A stretch of 64,000 nt of DNA from Trueperaceae bacterium (GTDB lineage: Bacteria; Deinococcota; Deinococci; Deinococcales; Trueperaceae). Where the stretch lies: the NCBI GenBank assembly GCA_011389865.1, contig JAABTL010000004.1, positions 51,854 through 115,853 of the forward strand. The letters run 5' to 3'. Within the stretch, counting starts at the first letter, position 1. Each line of letters opens with the position of its first letter. Position numbers and translations under genes: made by a program. Shown here piece after piece: positions 26,208 to 35,259 of this stretch. The notes under the pieces were generated by a model. The model saw only the letters and a list, made by a program, of their open reading frames with translations. It did not search any database and was not told the DNA's origin.

Positions 26208-26501
26208 TTACTTCTTGACCTGCTCCTTCAGCGACTTGCCGGGCTTGAAGGCCGGGTACTTGCTGGCCGGGATCTTGATCTTCTCGGTGGTGCCGGGCTT
26301 CACGCCGGTGCGCGCCTTGCGCCGGCGCACCTCGAACGTGCCGAAGCCGGTCAGCTGGACCTTGTTGCCGAGGTCGAGGTTCGCGCTGATCTTGTCGAGC
26401 ATCGCGTCCATCACCTCTTTGACGTCCTTCTTCTTCATGGACGTCGCATTGGCGACGGTATCGACCAGATCGGCCTTCGACACGGTCTTCGTTTTCGCCA
26501 T
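26208..26501 (-). CDS. hup: HU family DNA-binding protein
   Basis: 97 aa: MAKTKTVSKADLVDTVA...VQLTGFGTFEVRRRKARTGVKPGTTEKIKIPASKYPAFKPGKSLKE. GGAGG SD. Confidence 0.93.
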   Translation of the reverse strand: MAKTKTVSKADLVDTVANATSMKKKDVKEVMDAMLDKISANLDLGNKVQLTGFGTFEVRRRKARTGVKPGTTEKIKIPASKYPAFKPGKSLKEQVKK

Positions 26502-26538
26502 CAGGAGTGCCTCCTCTACGGTTGTGCCGCTTGCGCGC

Positions 26539-26567
26539 ACTCTAGCATGGGGTATGGCGTTAGGCAA
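26539..26567 (-). promoter_or_regulatory. hup promoter: -35 TTGCCT, 17-nt spacer, extended -10 TGcTAGAGT
   Basis: Minus strand: TTGCCT (26562-26567), N17, TAGAGT (26539-26544) preceded by TGC. Leader of about 30 nt containing the SD. Confidence 0.6.
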
Positions 26568-26601
26568 GCCTAGGACGGCATTCGTCGGATTCGTCACAAG
26601 C

Positions 26602-26624
26602 GAACGCCGACCAGGACGGCGTTC
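26602..26624 (-). terminator. possible plsC terminator hairpin (8-bp stem gaacgccg/cggcgttc)
   Basis: Lies between the plsC stop and the hup -35. Followed by GCTTGT on the minus strand. Confidence 0.3.
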
Positions 26625-26665
26625 CCGGCATCCCCTCCGGAGGCGATCCGAGAAAGTGCCAGAAA

Positions 26666-27265
26666 TCACGTCCTGGACGGTAGCAACGACCTCACGGCGC
26701 GCTCGAGTTCGGCGGTCAATGCGGCCGCGTCCTCGCGCGTTCGGCCCGCTGCCCTGAGCGGCGGACCGAACGCGACCCGGAACGCCCGCCCCTCGCGCCA
26801 GATCGCGGCGGGCACCAGCGGTGCCCCGGTTCGCTGCGCCAGGAACGCCGCGCCCATGTGAGCGGCGGCGTCGCCGTGCACGTTCCGGGTGCCCTCGAAG
26901 AAGACGCCGATCGCGTGCCCGCTCTGCAGGCGGCGCAGCGCCTCCTTGACGGCACCGACGTCGTTGGCGCCACGGTCGACGGGGAAGGCGCGCAAGGCGC
27001 GGAAGACCCGGCGCGGCAGCCAGCGTTCGAAGAGCTCCTTCTTGGCCATGAAGTGGATCTCGCGCGGGACCGACAGGCCGACGACCGGTGGGTCCCAGGC
27101 CGACGCGTGGTTGGCCCCGACGACGCAGGCGCCCGTGCGCGGCACGTGTTCCGTGCCCGTCACCCGCAGGCCGTACAGCAGGCGGACGAAGAGGCGCACG
27201 AGGAAGACGGCCAACCGGTAGAACGGCGGGGGTCTGCGCCCCGGGGGCGGTGGCGATCCGGCCAT
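26666..27265 (-). CDS. plsC: 1-acyl-sn-glycerol-3-phosphate acyltransferase
   Basis: NHASAWDP (HX4D), FPVDRG, FFEGTRN motifs. TAGACT -10 lies 8 nt upstream. Confidence 0.85.
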   Translation of the reverse strand: MAGSPPPPGRRPPPFYRLAVFLVRLFVRLLYGLRVTGTEHVPRTGACVVGANHASAWDPPVVGLSVPREIHFMAKKELFERWLPRRVFRALRAFPVDRGANDVGAVKEALRRLQSGHAIGVFFEGTRNVHGDAAAHMGAAFLAQRTGAPLVPAAIWREGRAFRVAFGPPLRAAGRTREDAAALTAELERAVRSLLPSRT

Positions 27266-27271
27266 GGGGCC

Positions 27272-28216
27272 TCAGTCTACGTCGCCGGACGCGGCGAGCG
27301 CCTGCGCCCTCGACCGGTGCGCGCGCCGCCGGATGCGCGCTACCTCGGCCGCCAGCACGGCGCCCATCAGGAACAGCCACAGGGCCGCGTAGAGCCACAG
27401 GAGCCACACCACCACGCCGGTGACGACCCCGTAGACGAGGTTGACCCGCTCGAGCGAGAAGCTGGCGACCAGCACCGCCTGCATCGCCGTCAGGCTGAGC
27501 GTGCAGGCCACCGCGCCGATCAGGGCGCCCACCAGGTCGCTGCCGCGGCCCGGCAGGTAACGGAAGGCCAGGGCGAAGACAGCGGTCGACGACAGCGCGC
27601 GCAGCAGGTCGAAGGCGGCCGGCAGGCGCGCCGCCGGCAGGGCGACGTCGAAGCCCGCGGCGAAGTCCCGCAGGCGCGTCCAGACCTCCGCGGCGCCGGC
27701 GAGCAGCGCGCCACCGAGCAGCTCGAAGCCGACGAAGGCGGCGACGGCGAGAACGAGCAGCAGCCCCACCGCGCGCTTGCGGAAGAAGCCCCGCGGGCTG
27801 GGCACCTCGAAGATCATCTCCAGCGCGATCTGCAGGGAGGCGAAGAAGTTCGACGACGCCCACAGGAGCACCAGGACCGAGAGTGCCGAGCGGACGAACG
27901 CCCCCTCGCCCAACTGGCTGACGATGAGCGCGAAGCTCGTCTCGACCAGCCCCTCGGGGTCGACCTGGAGCGGCAGCAGTTGGGCGATGAGGTCGGTCAG
28001 CGCCTCGCGGTAGGGCTCCGCGAGCTCGGGCCGGTTGCGCAGCGCCAGCGCCAGCCAGCCGCCGAGCAGCAGCAGCAGGGGCCCCAGGGCGAAGGCGGCG
28101 TAGTAGGCGAGCGCGGCGGCCAGCAGCGGCACCCTGACGCGGCCGTAGCGGGAGACGAGGCCGAGGACGAAGCGGCCGGCGGGTTGGCGGCTCCAGGCGT
28201 CGAGCCGGGCGCGCAT
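27272..28216 (-). CDS. YihY/BrkB family membrane protein
   Basis: 314 aa, polytopic. ...LAAALAYYAAFALGPLLLLL..., ...VYGVVTGVVVWLLWLYAALWLFLMGAVLAAE... are typical YihY. Confidence 0.85.
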   Translation of the reverse strand: MRARLDAWSRQPAGRFVLGLVSRYGRVRVPLLAAALAYYAAFALGPLLLLLGGWLALALRNRPELAEPYREALTDLIAQLLPLQVDPEGLVETSFALIVSQLGEGAFVRSALSVLVLLWASSNFFASLQIALEMIFEVPSPRGFFRKRAVGLLLVLAVAAFVGFELLGGALLAGAAEVWTRLRDFAAGFDVALPAARLPAAFDLLRALSSTAVFALAFRYLPGRGSDLVGALIGAVACTLSLTAMQAVLVASFSLERVNLVYGVVTGVVVWLLWLYAALWLFLMGAVLAAEVARIRRRAHRSRAQALAASGDVD

Positions 28217-28220
28217 GGGC

Positions 28221-28841
28221 TCAGCGCGCGCGCGCGCGGCCGCTGGCCGCCGGGTCGGTGGGTGTACGTTCGACGGCGCCCCGGCCGCGGTCCGCGGCCG
28301 GCGCCACCGTGGTACGGCGTGTCTCGCCGCGGTCCCGCCCGGGTTCTGCGCGCGCGTCTGCGCGCGTGCGCTGGCGGTCGACGAGCAGGGCGATCAAGAC
28401 GCCGAAGGCAGCGACGAGCAGGTGGAGACCCACCCAGGCGCCGCGGCCGTCGTCCCACGGCAGCTCGACGCGGAAGAGCTCGCGCCGCGCCATCGTCTGC
28501 ACGAAGACGGCCGGCACGACCAGCAGGACCGGGGACACGATGAGCGCTGCCCAGCGCCAGGCGTACTCGAGGCCGAGCATCGCCAGCAGGTTCCCGGACA
28601 GCACGACCGGCAGCATGATCATCCAGGCGACGTCGCCGGCGAGCAGGCCGAGGGCCGGCGCGGCGAGCGCGGCGAGGTAGGCGAACGGCATACCGCCGAC
28701 GGCGAACGCGAGGTAGGAGAAGAGGACGACCGCCGCCGACCGCAGGGCCACCGACATCGGCGCCACGGCCGCCACGATCGCCGCCAACACCAGGAAGGTG
28801 CCGATGATCGTGCGTTGCGGTTCGGGTGCGGTGCGGATCAC
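28221..28841 (-). CDS. hypothetical polytopic membrane protein
   Basis: 206 aa with 5-6 TM helices and a basic C-terminal tail. GTG start with TAGCAT 6 nt upstream. Confidence 0.6.
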   Translation of the reverse strand: MIRTAPEPQRTIIGTFLVLAAIVAAVAPMSVALRSAAVVLFSYLAFAVGGMPFAYLAALAAPALGLLAGDVAWMIMLPVVLSGNLLAMLGLEYAWRWAALIVSPVLLVVPAVFVQTMARRELFRVELPWDDGRGAWVGLHLLVAAFGVLIALLVDRQRTRADARAEPGRDRGETRRTTVAPAADRGRGAVERTPTDPAASGRARAR

Positions 28842-28867
28842 GTCGCCATGCTACCCGTCGGGGGGCG

Positions 28868-31747
28868 TCAGACGGCCGCGGCCGATTCGATGTCGCGCGC
28901 CGTGGCCCGGCTGGCCACGGCGTCGATCCGCCGCAGGTAGGCGCCGGTGGAGCTGCTCGCGTGCGCGGCGAGATCCTCCGGCGTGCCGCTGGCCACGAGC
29001 GTGCCGCCGCGCGCGCCTCCGTCCGGACCCAGGTCGATGATCCAGTCCGCCGTCTTGATCACGTCGAGGTTGTGCTCGATCACCAGCAGGGTGTTGCCCG
29101 CGTCGACCAGCCGGTGGAGGACGTCGAGCAGCTTGCGGGTGTCCTCGAAGTGGAGGCCGGTGGTCGGCTCGTCGAGGATGTAGAGCGTCTTGCCGGTGGA
29201 GCGCTTGCCGAGCTCGGAGGCGAGCTTGACGCGCTGCGCCTCGCCCCCCGACAGCGTGGGCGAGGGCTGGCCGATCCGCAGGTAGCCGAGGCCGACGTCC
29301 TGCATCAGCTTGAGCTTGCGGGCGACCGTGGGGATGTTCTCGAAGTACGCGAGGCCCTCGTCGACGGTCATGTCGAGCACGTCGGCGATGGACTTGCCGC
29401 GGATCTTCACCTCGAGCGTCTCGCGGTTGTAGCGCGCGCCCTTGCACACCTCGCAGGGGACGTAGATGTCGGGCAGGAAGTACATCTCGACCTTGACGGT
29501 GCCGTCGCCCTTGCAGGCCTCGCAGCGGCCACCCTTGACGTTGAAGGAGAAGCGGCCGGGCCGGTAGCCACGCTTGCGCGACTCCGGCGCCCGAGTGAAC
29601 AGGTCGCGGATGTCGGTGAAGATGCCGGTGTAGGTGGCCGGGTTCGAGCGCGGGGTGCGCCCGATCGGGCTCTGGTCGATCTCGATCACCTTGTCGACGT
29701 GCTCGGTGCCCAGCAGGCGCGCGTGGGCGCCCGGTGTCGCCTTGGCGCGGTAGAGCTGCTTGGCGAGCGCCGCGTGGATGATGCGGTGCACCAGCGTCGA
29801 CTTGCCCGAGCCGGACGCCCCGGTGACGCAGGTGAGGGTGCCGAGCGGGATCTCCACGGTCAGGTCGCGCAGGTTGTGCTCGCGGGCGCCGACGACCTTC
29901 AGCGCCTTGCCGTTGCCGGCGCGCCGCTGGTCGGGCACCTCGATGCGCAGCTCGCCCCGCAGGTAGCGGGCGGTGAGCGAGTCCGGGTGCTGCAGCAGCT
30001 CGGCCGGCGACGCCGCGGCGACCACCTCCCCGCCGTGCACCCCCGCGCCGGGGCCGAGGTCGACGATGTAGTCCGCGGCCCGCATCGTCTCCTCGTCGTG
30101 CTCGACGACGATCAGCGTGTTGCCGAGGTCGCGCAGGTGGAGCAGGGTACGCAGCAGGCGGGCGTTGTCGCGCGCGTGCAGCCCGATCGAGGGCTCGTCG
30201 AGGACGTAGAGCACGCCCGTCAGGCCCGAGCCGACCTGGGTGGCGAGGCGGATGCGCTGCGCCTCGCCGCCGGAGAGGGTGTTGGCGCTGCGGTCGAGTG
30301 AGAGGTAGTCGAGGCCGACGTCCTCGAGGAAGCCGAGCCGGGCGTTGACCTCGCGCAGGATCGGGCGCGCGACGTCGCCTGCGGCGCCGGGCAGCGTCAG
30401 GTCGCGGAAGAAGGCGCGGGCATCGACGACGGTGAGGTTGGAGACGTCGGCGATGTTGCGATCGGCCACGCGCACGGCCAGCACCTCGGGCTTGTAGCGG
30501 CTGCCGTGGCACTGCGGGCAGGGGACGAGCGACATGTAGCTCTCGAGCTTCTCGCGGGCGTACTCCGTCTGCGCCTCGCGCAGCCGCCGGTCGAGGTTGG
30601 GGATCACGCCCTCGAAGTCGGCCCGGAAGCGCATCGTCTCGCGGCCGGCCCGCGAGTAGACGACCTCGATGGCGTCCTTGGTGCCGTGCAGCACCGTGTC
30701 GCGGAAGGCGTCCGGCAGATCGCGCCAGGGGGTGGCGAGGTCGACCCCGTGGTGCTCGGCGATGGCGCGCAGGCGGTCCCAGTAGAAGACCTTGCCGCCG
30801 TCGGAGCGGGCCCCCGTCCAGGGCGCGATCGCACCCCGAGCGATCGAGAGGCTCTCGTCGGGGACGACCAAGTCGGGATCGAACTGCTGCAGGTGCCCCA
30901 GGCCCGAGCAGTGACCGCAGGCGCCGTAGGGGGTGTTGAACGAGAACACCCGCGGCTCGAGCTCCTCGAGGAAGGTGCCGTGCTCGGGGCAGGCGAAGCG
31001 CTCGGAGTAGAGCTCGTCGACGCCGTCGTCGGGGAGGAAGGCGCGCATCAGGCCATCGCCGGTGGCGAGCGCCAGCTCGGCGGACTCGGCGAGCCGCGAG
31101 CGGTCGGCCTCGTCGATCTTCACGCGGTCGACGACCACCTCGATGTCGTGCTTCTCGTGGCGCTCCAGGTTGGTGCTGGACGCCTCGTCGATCGACTGCA
31201 CGACGCCGTCGAGGCGCACGCGGGCGAAGCCCTGCTTCTTGAGGTCGGCGAACAGCTTGCGGTACTCGCCCTTGCGGCCACGCACCACCGGCGCGAGGAC
31301 CAGCGCGCGTGCGCCAGGGTAGCGCGCGATGAGGCGGTCGACGATCTCGGAGGCCGACTGCCGCTCGATCTTGCGGTCGCAGACGGGGCAGTGGGGCGTG
31401 CCCGCCCGGGCGAACAGCAGGCGCAGGTAGTCGTGGATCTCGGTGACGGTGCCGACGGTCGAGCGCGGGTTGTGGCTGGTGGTCTTCTGGTCGATCGAGA
31501 TCGCTGGCGACAGGCCCTCGATCGCGTCGACGTCGGGCTTGTCCATGACGCCCAGGAACTGGCGCGCGTAGGCCGAAAGGCTCTCGACGTAGCGCCGCTG
31601 GCCCTCCGCGTAGATGGTGTCGAACGCCAGCGTCGACTTGCCCGATCCCGACACGCCGGTGAACACGACGAAGGCGTTCCGGGGGATGGTCAGGTCGATG
31701 CCCTTGAGGTTGTGCTCGCGCGCTCCGCGGATGACGAGGTCCTGCAC
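28868..31747 (-). CDS. uvrA: excinuclease ABC subunit UvrA
   Basis: 959 aa: [61 protein letters not shown], two ABC modules and zinc-finger Cys pairs. GTG start with GGAGG SD. Confidence 0.97.
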   Translation of the reverse strand: MQDLVIRGAREHNLKGIDLTIPRNAFVVFTGVSGSGKSTLAFDTIYAEGQRRYVESLSAYARQFLGVMDKPDVDAIEGLSPAISIDQKTTSHNPRSTVGTVTEIHDYLRLLFARAGTPHCPVCDRKIERQSASEIVDRLIARYPGARALVLAPVVRGRKGEYRKLFADLKKQGFARVRLDGVVQSIDEASSTNLERHEKHDIEVVVDRVKIDEADRSRLAESAELALATGDGLMRAFLPDDGVDELYSERFACPEHGTFLEELEPRVFSFNTPYGACGHCSGLGHLQQFDPDLVVPDESLSIARGAIAPWTGARSDGGKVFYWDRLRAIAEHHGVDLATPWRDLPDAFRDTVLHGTKDAIEVVYSRAGRETMRFRADFEGVIPNLDRRLREAQTEYAREKLESYMSLVPCPQCHGSRYKPEVLAVRVADRNIADVSNLTVVDARAFFRDLTLPGAAGDVARPILREVNARLGFLEDVGLDYLSLDRSANTLSGGEAQRIRLATQVGSGLTGVLYVLDEPSIGLHARDNARLLRTLLHLRDLGNTLIVVEHDEETMRAADYIVDLGPGAGVHGGEVVAAASPAELLQHPDSLTARYLRGELRIEVPDQRRAGNGKALKVVGAREHNLRDLTVEIPLGTLTCVTGASGSGKSTLVHRIIHAALAKQLYRAKATPGAHARLLGTEHVDKVIEIDQSPIGRTPRSNPATYTGIFTDIRDLFTRAPESRKRGYRPGRFSFNVKGGRCEACKGDGTVKVEMYFLPDIYVPCEVCKGARYNRETLEVKIRGKSIADVLDMTVDEGLAYFENIPTVARKLKLMQDVGLGYLRIGQPSPTLSGGEAQRVKLASELGKRSTGKTLYILDEPTTGLHFEDTRKLLDVLHRLVDAGNTLLVIEHNLDVIKTADWIIDLGPDGGARGGTLVASGTPEDLAAHASSSTGAYLRRIDAVASRATARDIESAAAV

Positions 31748-31782
31748 CGGCGCCTCCAGGCCACCGGTGATGGCCGGCGGCT

Positions 31783-31842
31783 TCGTGCGCGCCCGGCGGT
31801 TGCCGGGCCCACGCTCGTGCGCCCGGCGGCTGCCTGGCCCAC
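31783..31842. repeat. tandem imperfect 28-30 bp repeat in the predicted uvrA leader; each unit carries a GCCCGGC-N4-GCC(G/T)GGC hairpin
   Basis: tcgtgcgcgcccggcggttgccgggcccac at 31783-31812 and tcgtgcgcccggcggctgcctggcccac at 31815-31842. Confidence 0.7.
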
Positions 31843-31853
31843 AAGCTCACCAC

Positions 31854-31891
31854 TGTACCAGGGGCGGGCGCAAGCGGACCGTTCTGGTACA
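31854..31891. promoter_or_regulatory. 8-bp inverted repeat TGTACCAG-N22-CTGGTACA spanning two divergent -10-like boxes (TACAGT minus, TACACT plus)
   Basis: Arms at 31854-31861 and 31884-31891. TACAGT is the reverse complement of 31852-31857. TACACT is at 31888-31893. Confidence 0.4.
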
Positions 31892-31971
31892 CTCACCCCA
31901 CGTCGGAAGCGGGCGCGGCGGACCGCCGTGCGTGCGCGGCCCCAGCCGCTTCCCGCCGCCGTTCGCGAGAG

Positions 31972-32343
31972 GTGACGCCTGCGATGACCGTCTCGACCAG
32001 CCCGAACTCGACCGCCGCCGTCGATCCGTACGCCGGCGACCGTACCGGCACCGTCCTCGGCGCCCTCGCCGGGGTCCTCGGAGGCGGCGGGGTGCTCTAC
32101 TTCTGGATCATCGGCGCCATCGGCCTGCTCGGCCGCAACGGCGGCTTCATCCAGGATCTCCAGCTCGAGGGCGCCTGGCGGACGCTCTTCCTCGCGTACC
32201 CCTTCGTGTTCCTGGCCGCCCTGGTCGCCGGCGCGGCGCTGGTGGCGCTGAAGCGCGATCTCGAGGCCGTCGGCGTGTTCGGCCTGCCGGTGGCGGCCGC
32301 GGTGGCGTACTACCTCGCGCTGATCCACCTGCGCCCCGTCTGA
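31972..32343 (+). CDS. hypothetical small membrane protein
   Basis: 123 aa (GTG 31972, alternative ATG 31984) with 3 predicted TM helices. Confidence 0.55.
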   Translation: MTPAMTVSTSPNSTAAVDPYAGDRTGTVLGALAGVLGGGGVLYFWIIGAIGLLGRNGGFIQDLQLEGAWRTLFLAYPFVFLAALVAGAALVALKRDLEAVGVFGLPVAAAVAYYLALIHLRPV

Positions 32344-32441
32344 CGCCCGCCGTCAGACGGCGCACGCCGTCCGTCGGCGCAGCCGCCACGCACGCCCGCG
32401 CGAGCACGCCCGCGCGCGGCGAACCCGTTCCTGGAGGCCCC

Positions 32442-33152
32442 GTGAAGCTCACGTTCCTCGGTCACGCAGCGACCGCGCTGCAGCTCGGCGCGCACGAGGT
32501 GCTCGTCGACCCGTTCCTCACCGGCAACCCCAAGGCGGCCGTGTCGGCCGACGCGCTGTCGCCGCAGACGATCGTGCTCACCCACGCCCACGCGGACCAC
32601 GTCGGCGACGCCCTGCCGATCGCCGAGCGCTGCGGCGCCACGATCGTGTCCTCGGTCGAGATCGTCGGCAAGCTGCAGCGGGACCGCGGTCCCGAGGCGC
32701 GTGGCAACGCCAAGTTCCTGGGCGCCAACTCCGGCGGCCGCGTCGCGATGCCCTTCGGTGCGCTGCGCTTCACCCCCGCCTGGCACTCGTCGGGCTTCGC
32801 GGACGGCAGCTACGGCGGCATGCCGATGGGCGTGGTCTTCGAGTTCGACGACCTGCGCATCTACCACGCCGGCGACACCGCGCTCTTCGGCGACATGGCC
32901 CTCATCGGTCGTCACGGGCTCGACCTGGCGCTCCTGCCCATCGGCGGCCACTTCACCATGGACCCCGGCGAGGCGCTGGAGGCCGTCCGGCTGCTGCGAC
33001 CGCGGCACGTCGTACCCATCCATTACGGCACGTTCGACCTGATCGAGCAGGACGCGCTCGCGTTCCGCGAAGCGGTCGCCGCGCTGCCCGAGGCCGACGT
33101 CGGCGGGGCGGTCGTGCACCCGCTGGCGCCCGGGGAGGCGTTGGAACTCTGA
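32442..33152 (+). CDS. metal-dependent hydrolase, beta-lactamase fold (UPF0173-like)
   Basis: VKLTFLGHAA...VLTHAHADHVGD (HxHxDH)...YHAGDTALF...PIHYGTF. GGAGG SD before GTG 32442. Confidence 0.85.
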   Translation: MKLTFLGHAATALQLGAHEVLVDPFLTGNPKAAVSADALSPQTIVLTHAHADHVGDALPIAERCGATIVSSVEIVGKLQRDRGPEARGNAKFLGANSGGRVAMPFGALRFTPAWHSSGFADGSYGGMPMGVVFEFDDLRIYHAGDTALFGDMALIGRHGLDLALLPIGGHFTMDPGEALEAVRLLRPRHVVPIHYGTFDLIEQDALAFREAVAALPEADVGGAVVHPLAPGEALEL

Positions 33153-33177
33153 ACCGCCGCGCGTCGCGAGGGCGCCG

Positions 33178-34200
33178 ATGACCGGCCGGGTGCCGCCCGG
33201 CTACAACGTGATCCAGCGCCTCGGCGCGGGACGCACGGCGTTGGTGTGGCTGGCGCACGAGGAGGCGACCGGCCGGCAGGTCGCCCTGAAGATCCCGCGG
33301 CCCGAGTTGAACACCGACCCGGTGCTGCGGCGCATGTTCGAGAACGAGGTGCAGATCACCCTCAAGCTCGACCACCCGAACGTCGTGCGCGCCTACTCGG
33401 GGCGCACGACGGGCGACGAGGCCTTCCTGGCCCTGGAGTACTGTCCCGGCGGCACGCTCGACCAGCTGCTGCTCGAGCGCGGCCGCCTGCCCCTGGAGAA
33501 GGCCATCGGCCTCGTGCTGGACGTGGCCAACGGGCTGGCGCACACCCACGACGCCAAGGTGCTGCACCGCGACGTCAAGCCCGCCAACGTCTTCGTCGAC
33601 GGCGAAGGGCGCGCCAAGCTCGGCGATTTCGGCACCGGCACCTTCAAGGGCGACGATGCCGAGGAGCGCGTCGGCACGGCCTTCTACATGGCCCCCGAGG
33701 TGTTCGAGGGGCGCCCGACGAGCCTCCGCAGCGACGTCTATTCCCTGGGCGTCCTCGCCTACGAGGTGCTGAGCGGCGAGCGGCCCTTCGTCGGCTCCAG
33801 CTACGAGGCGCTGATGGTGGCGCACCTCCATTCGCTGCCGCGCGAGCTGCGGCAGGTCCGCAGCGAAGTGCCGATCAAGGTGACCCAGGTGGTGGGCCGC
33901 GCCCTGGCGCGCGACCCCGTCCGCCGCTACCCCGACGCCGCGGCGTTCGTCGCGGCCTACCGCGAGGCGATGGGCCTCGCGTCGGTCGAGTCGCCCGCCG
34001 CCGCCGAGTCGCCCCAGACCCTGGGGCGCGGCGGCGTTCGGCGCCCCACGCCGGTCGACTCGCCGGTGCCCCCCCGCGAACCCCGCGGCGGGGGGCGGCC
34101 GGACGGCCGCCCCAGCGCAGGGCACGACGATCCCGTCCAGGCGAAGGACGAGCGGGCGCGGACGAAGCGCAGCTGGTGGCCCTTCCGGCGACGGCGCTGA
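33178..34200 (+). CDS. Hanks-type serine/threonine protein kinase (soluble, disordered basic tail)
   Basis: LGAGRTALVW, VALKIP, HRDVKPANVF, DFGTG, YMAPE motifs. No TM segment. Confidence 0.9.
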   Translation: MTGRVPPGYNVIQRLGAGRTALVWLAHEEATGRQVALKIPRPELNTDPVLRRMFENEVQITLKLDHPNVVRAYSGRTTGDEAFLALEYCPGGTLDQLLLERGRLPLEKAIGLVLDVANGLAHTHDAKVLHRDVKPANVFVDGEGRAKLGDFGTGTFKGDDAEERVGTAFYMAPEVFEGRPTSLRSDVYSLGVLAYEVLSGERPFVGSSYEALMVAHLHSLPRELRQVRSEVPIKVTQVVGRALARDPVRRYPDAAAFVAAYREAMGLASVESPAAAESPQTLGRGGVRRPTPVDSPVPPREPRGGGRPDGRPSAGHDDPVQAKDERARTKRSWWPFRRRR

Positions 34201-34218
34201 GGCGCGCGACACCCGGTT

Positions 34219-34297
34219 CCTGAGCGTGCGCGGCGCACGACGATCCCAATCCTGAGTCGTGCGCGGCGCACGACGATCTCAATCCTGAGTCGTGCGC
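34219..34297. repeat. 2.4 tandem copies of a 32-33 bp unit upstream of sufC; each carries the dyad (G)TCGTGCGC-G-GCGCACGA(C)
   Basis: Units at 34219-34250, 34251-34283 and a partial copy at 34284-34297. The 19-bp near-perfect palindrome is at 34256-34274. Confidence 0.8.
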
Positions 34298-34322
34298 TAT
34301 ACGTTCCGGCGTCCAGGGTGTG

Positions 34323-34328
34323 TAGAAT
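34323..34328 (+). promoter_or_regulatory. candidate suf operon -10 box TAGAAT
   Basis: The only AT-rich hexamer in the region. It lies 25 nt downstream of the last partial repeat and would give a leader of about 100 nt containing the hairpin at 34355-34373. Confidence 0.4.
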
Positions 34329-34437
34329 CGTAATCGGAACGAGTCCGACTTAGGGGCGCGGCGCAACCGCGCCGCGGGCTCCGCCCGACACCACACCACC
34401 GCGATCGGCCGCCGCGAGCGGCCCGAGAGGACCCGCG

Positions 34438-35241
34438 ATGAGCGAACACAGCCTGGAGATCCGTGACCTGCACGCCCGCATCGCCGACGGCGAGGAGATC
34501 CTGAAGGGCGTCGACCTCGTGGTGCCCCGAGGCGAGGTCCACGCGCTCATGGGTCCCAACGGCTCCGGCAAGTCGACCCTGGCGAAGGTCATGGCGGGCG
34601 ACCCGCAGTACGAGGTCACCGGCGGCGACGTCCTGATCGACGGCGAGTCGATCCTCGAGATGGAGCCCGACGAGCGCGCCCGCGCCGGCCTCTACCTGGC
34701 GTTCCAGTACCCGGTCGAGGTCCCCGGCGTGTCCATCGCCAACTTCCTGCGCCTGGCGCTCAACGCCCGCCGCGAGGAGGGCGACGAGATCGGCGTCATG
34801 GAGTTCTACACGAAGCTGCAGCGGGCCGTGAAGGCGCTCGACTGGGACGAGTCGATCATCGAGCGCAACCTGCACGAGGGCTTCTCGGGCGGCGAGAAGA
34901 AGCGCTCCGAGATCCTGCAGCTGCTGGTCCTCGAGTCGCGCTACGCGATCCTCGACGAGACCGACTCGGGTCTCGACGTCGACGCCCTGAAGGTCGTCGC
35001 CAAGGGCGTCAACGCCGCTCGTGGCCCCGAGTTCGGCGCCCTGGTGATCACCCACTACCAGCGACTGCTCAACTACATCGTGCCCGACAAGGTGCACGTG
35101 ATGGCCGCCGGCCGCATCGTCAAGCAAGGTCCCAAGGAACTGGCGATGGAGCTCGACACCCGCGGCTACGACTGGATCCGCGTCGAGGCCGGCCTGGCGC
35201 CGGTCGGCGACGACGAGCACGCGCCCCGCGTGGGCGCCTGA
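34438..35241 (+). CDS. sufC: Fe-S cluster assembly ATPase SufC
   Basis: LEIRDLHA..., GPNGSGKSTL, EGFSGGEKKRSEILQL, LDETDSGLD. Confidence 0.95.
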   Translation: MSEHSLEIRDLHARIADGEEILKGVDLVVPRGEVHALMGPNGSGKSTLAKVMAGDPQYEVTGGDVLIDGESILEMEPDERARAGLYLAFQYPVEVPGVSIANFLRLALNARREEGDEIGVMEFYTKLQRAVKALDWDESIIERNLHEGFSGGEKKRSEILQLLVLESRYAILDETDSGLDVDALKVVAKGVNAARGPEFGALVITHYQRLLNYIVPDKVHVMAAGRIVKQGPKELAMELDTRGYDWIRVEAGLAPVGDDEHAPRVGA

Positions 35242-35259
35242 GACACGGAGGCAACGATC

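Noticed and set aside
31748-31971. I looked for a Deinococcus-type radiation/desiccation response motif (an A/T-rich ~17-bp palindrome, as I recall it) upstream of uvrA, and also upstream of uvrD (15847-16022) and hup.
   Set aside because: No A/T-rich 17-bp palindrome of that type is present in any of these regions. The repeats that are present are GC-rich and unrelated.
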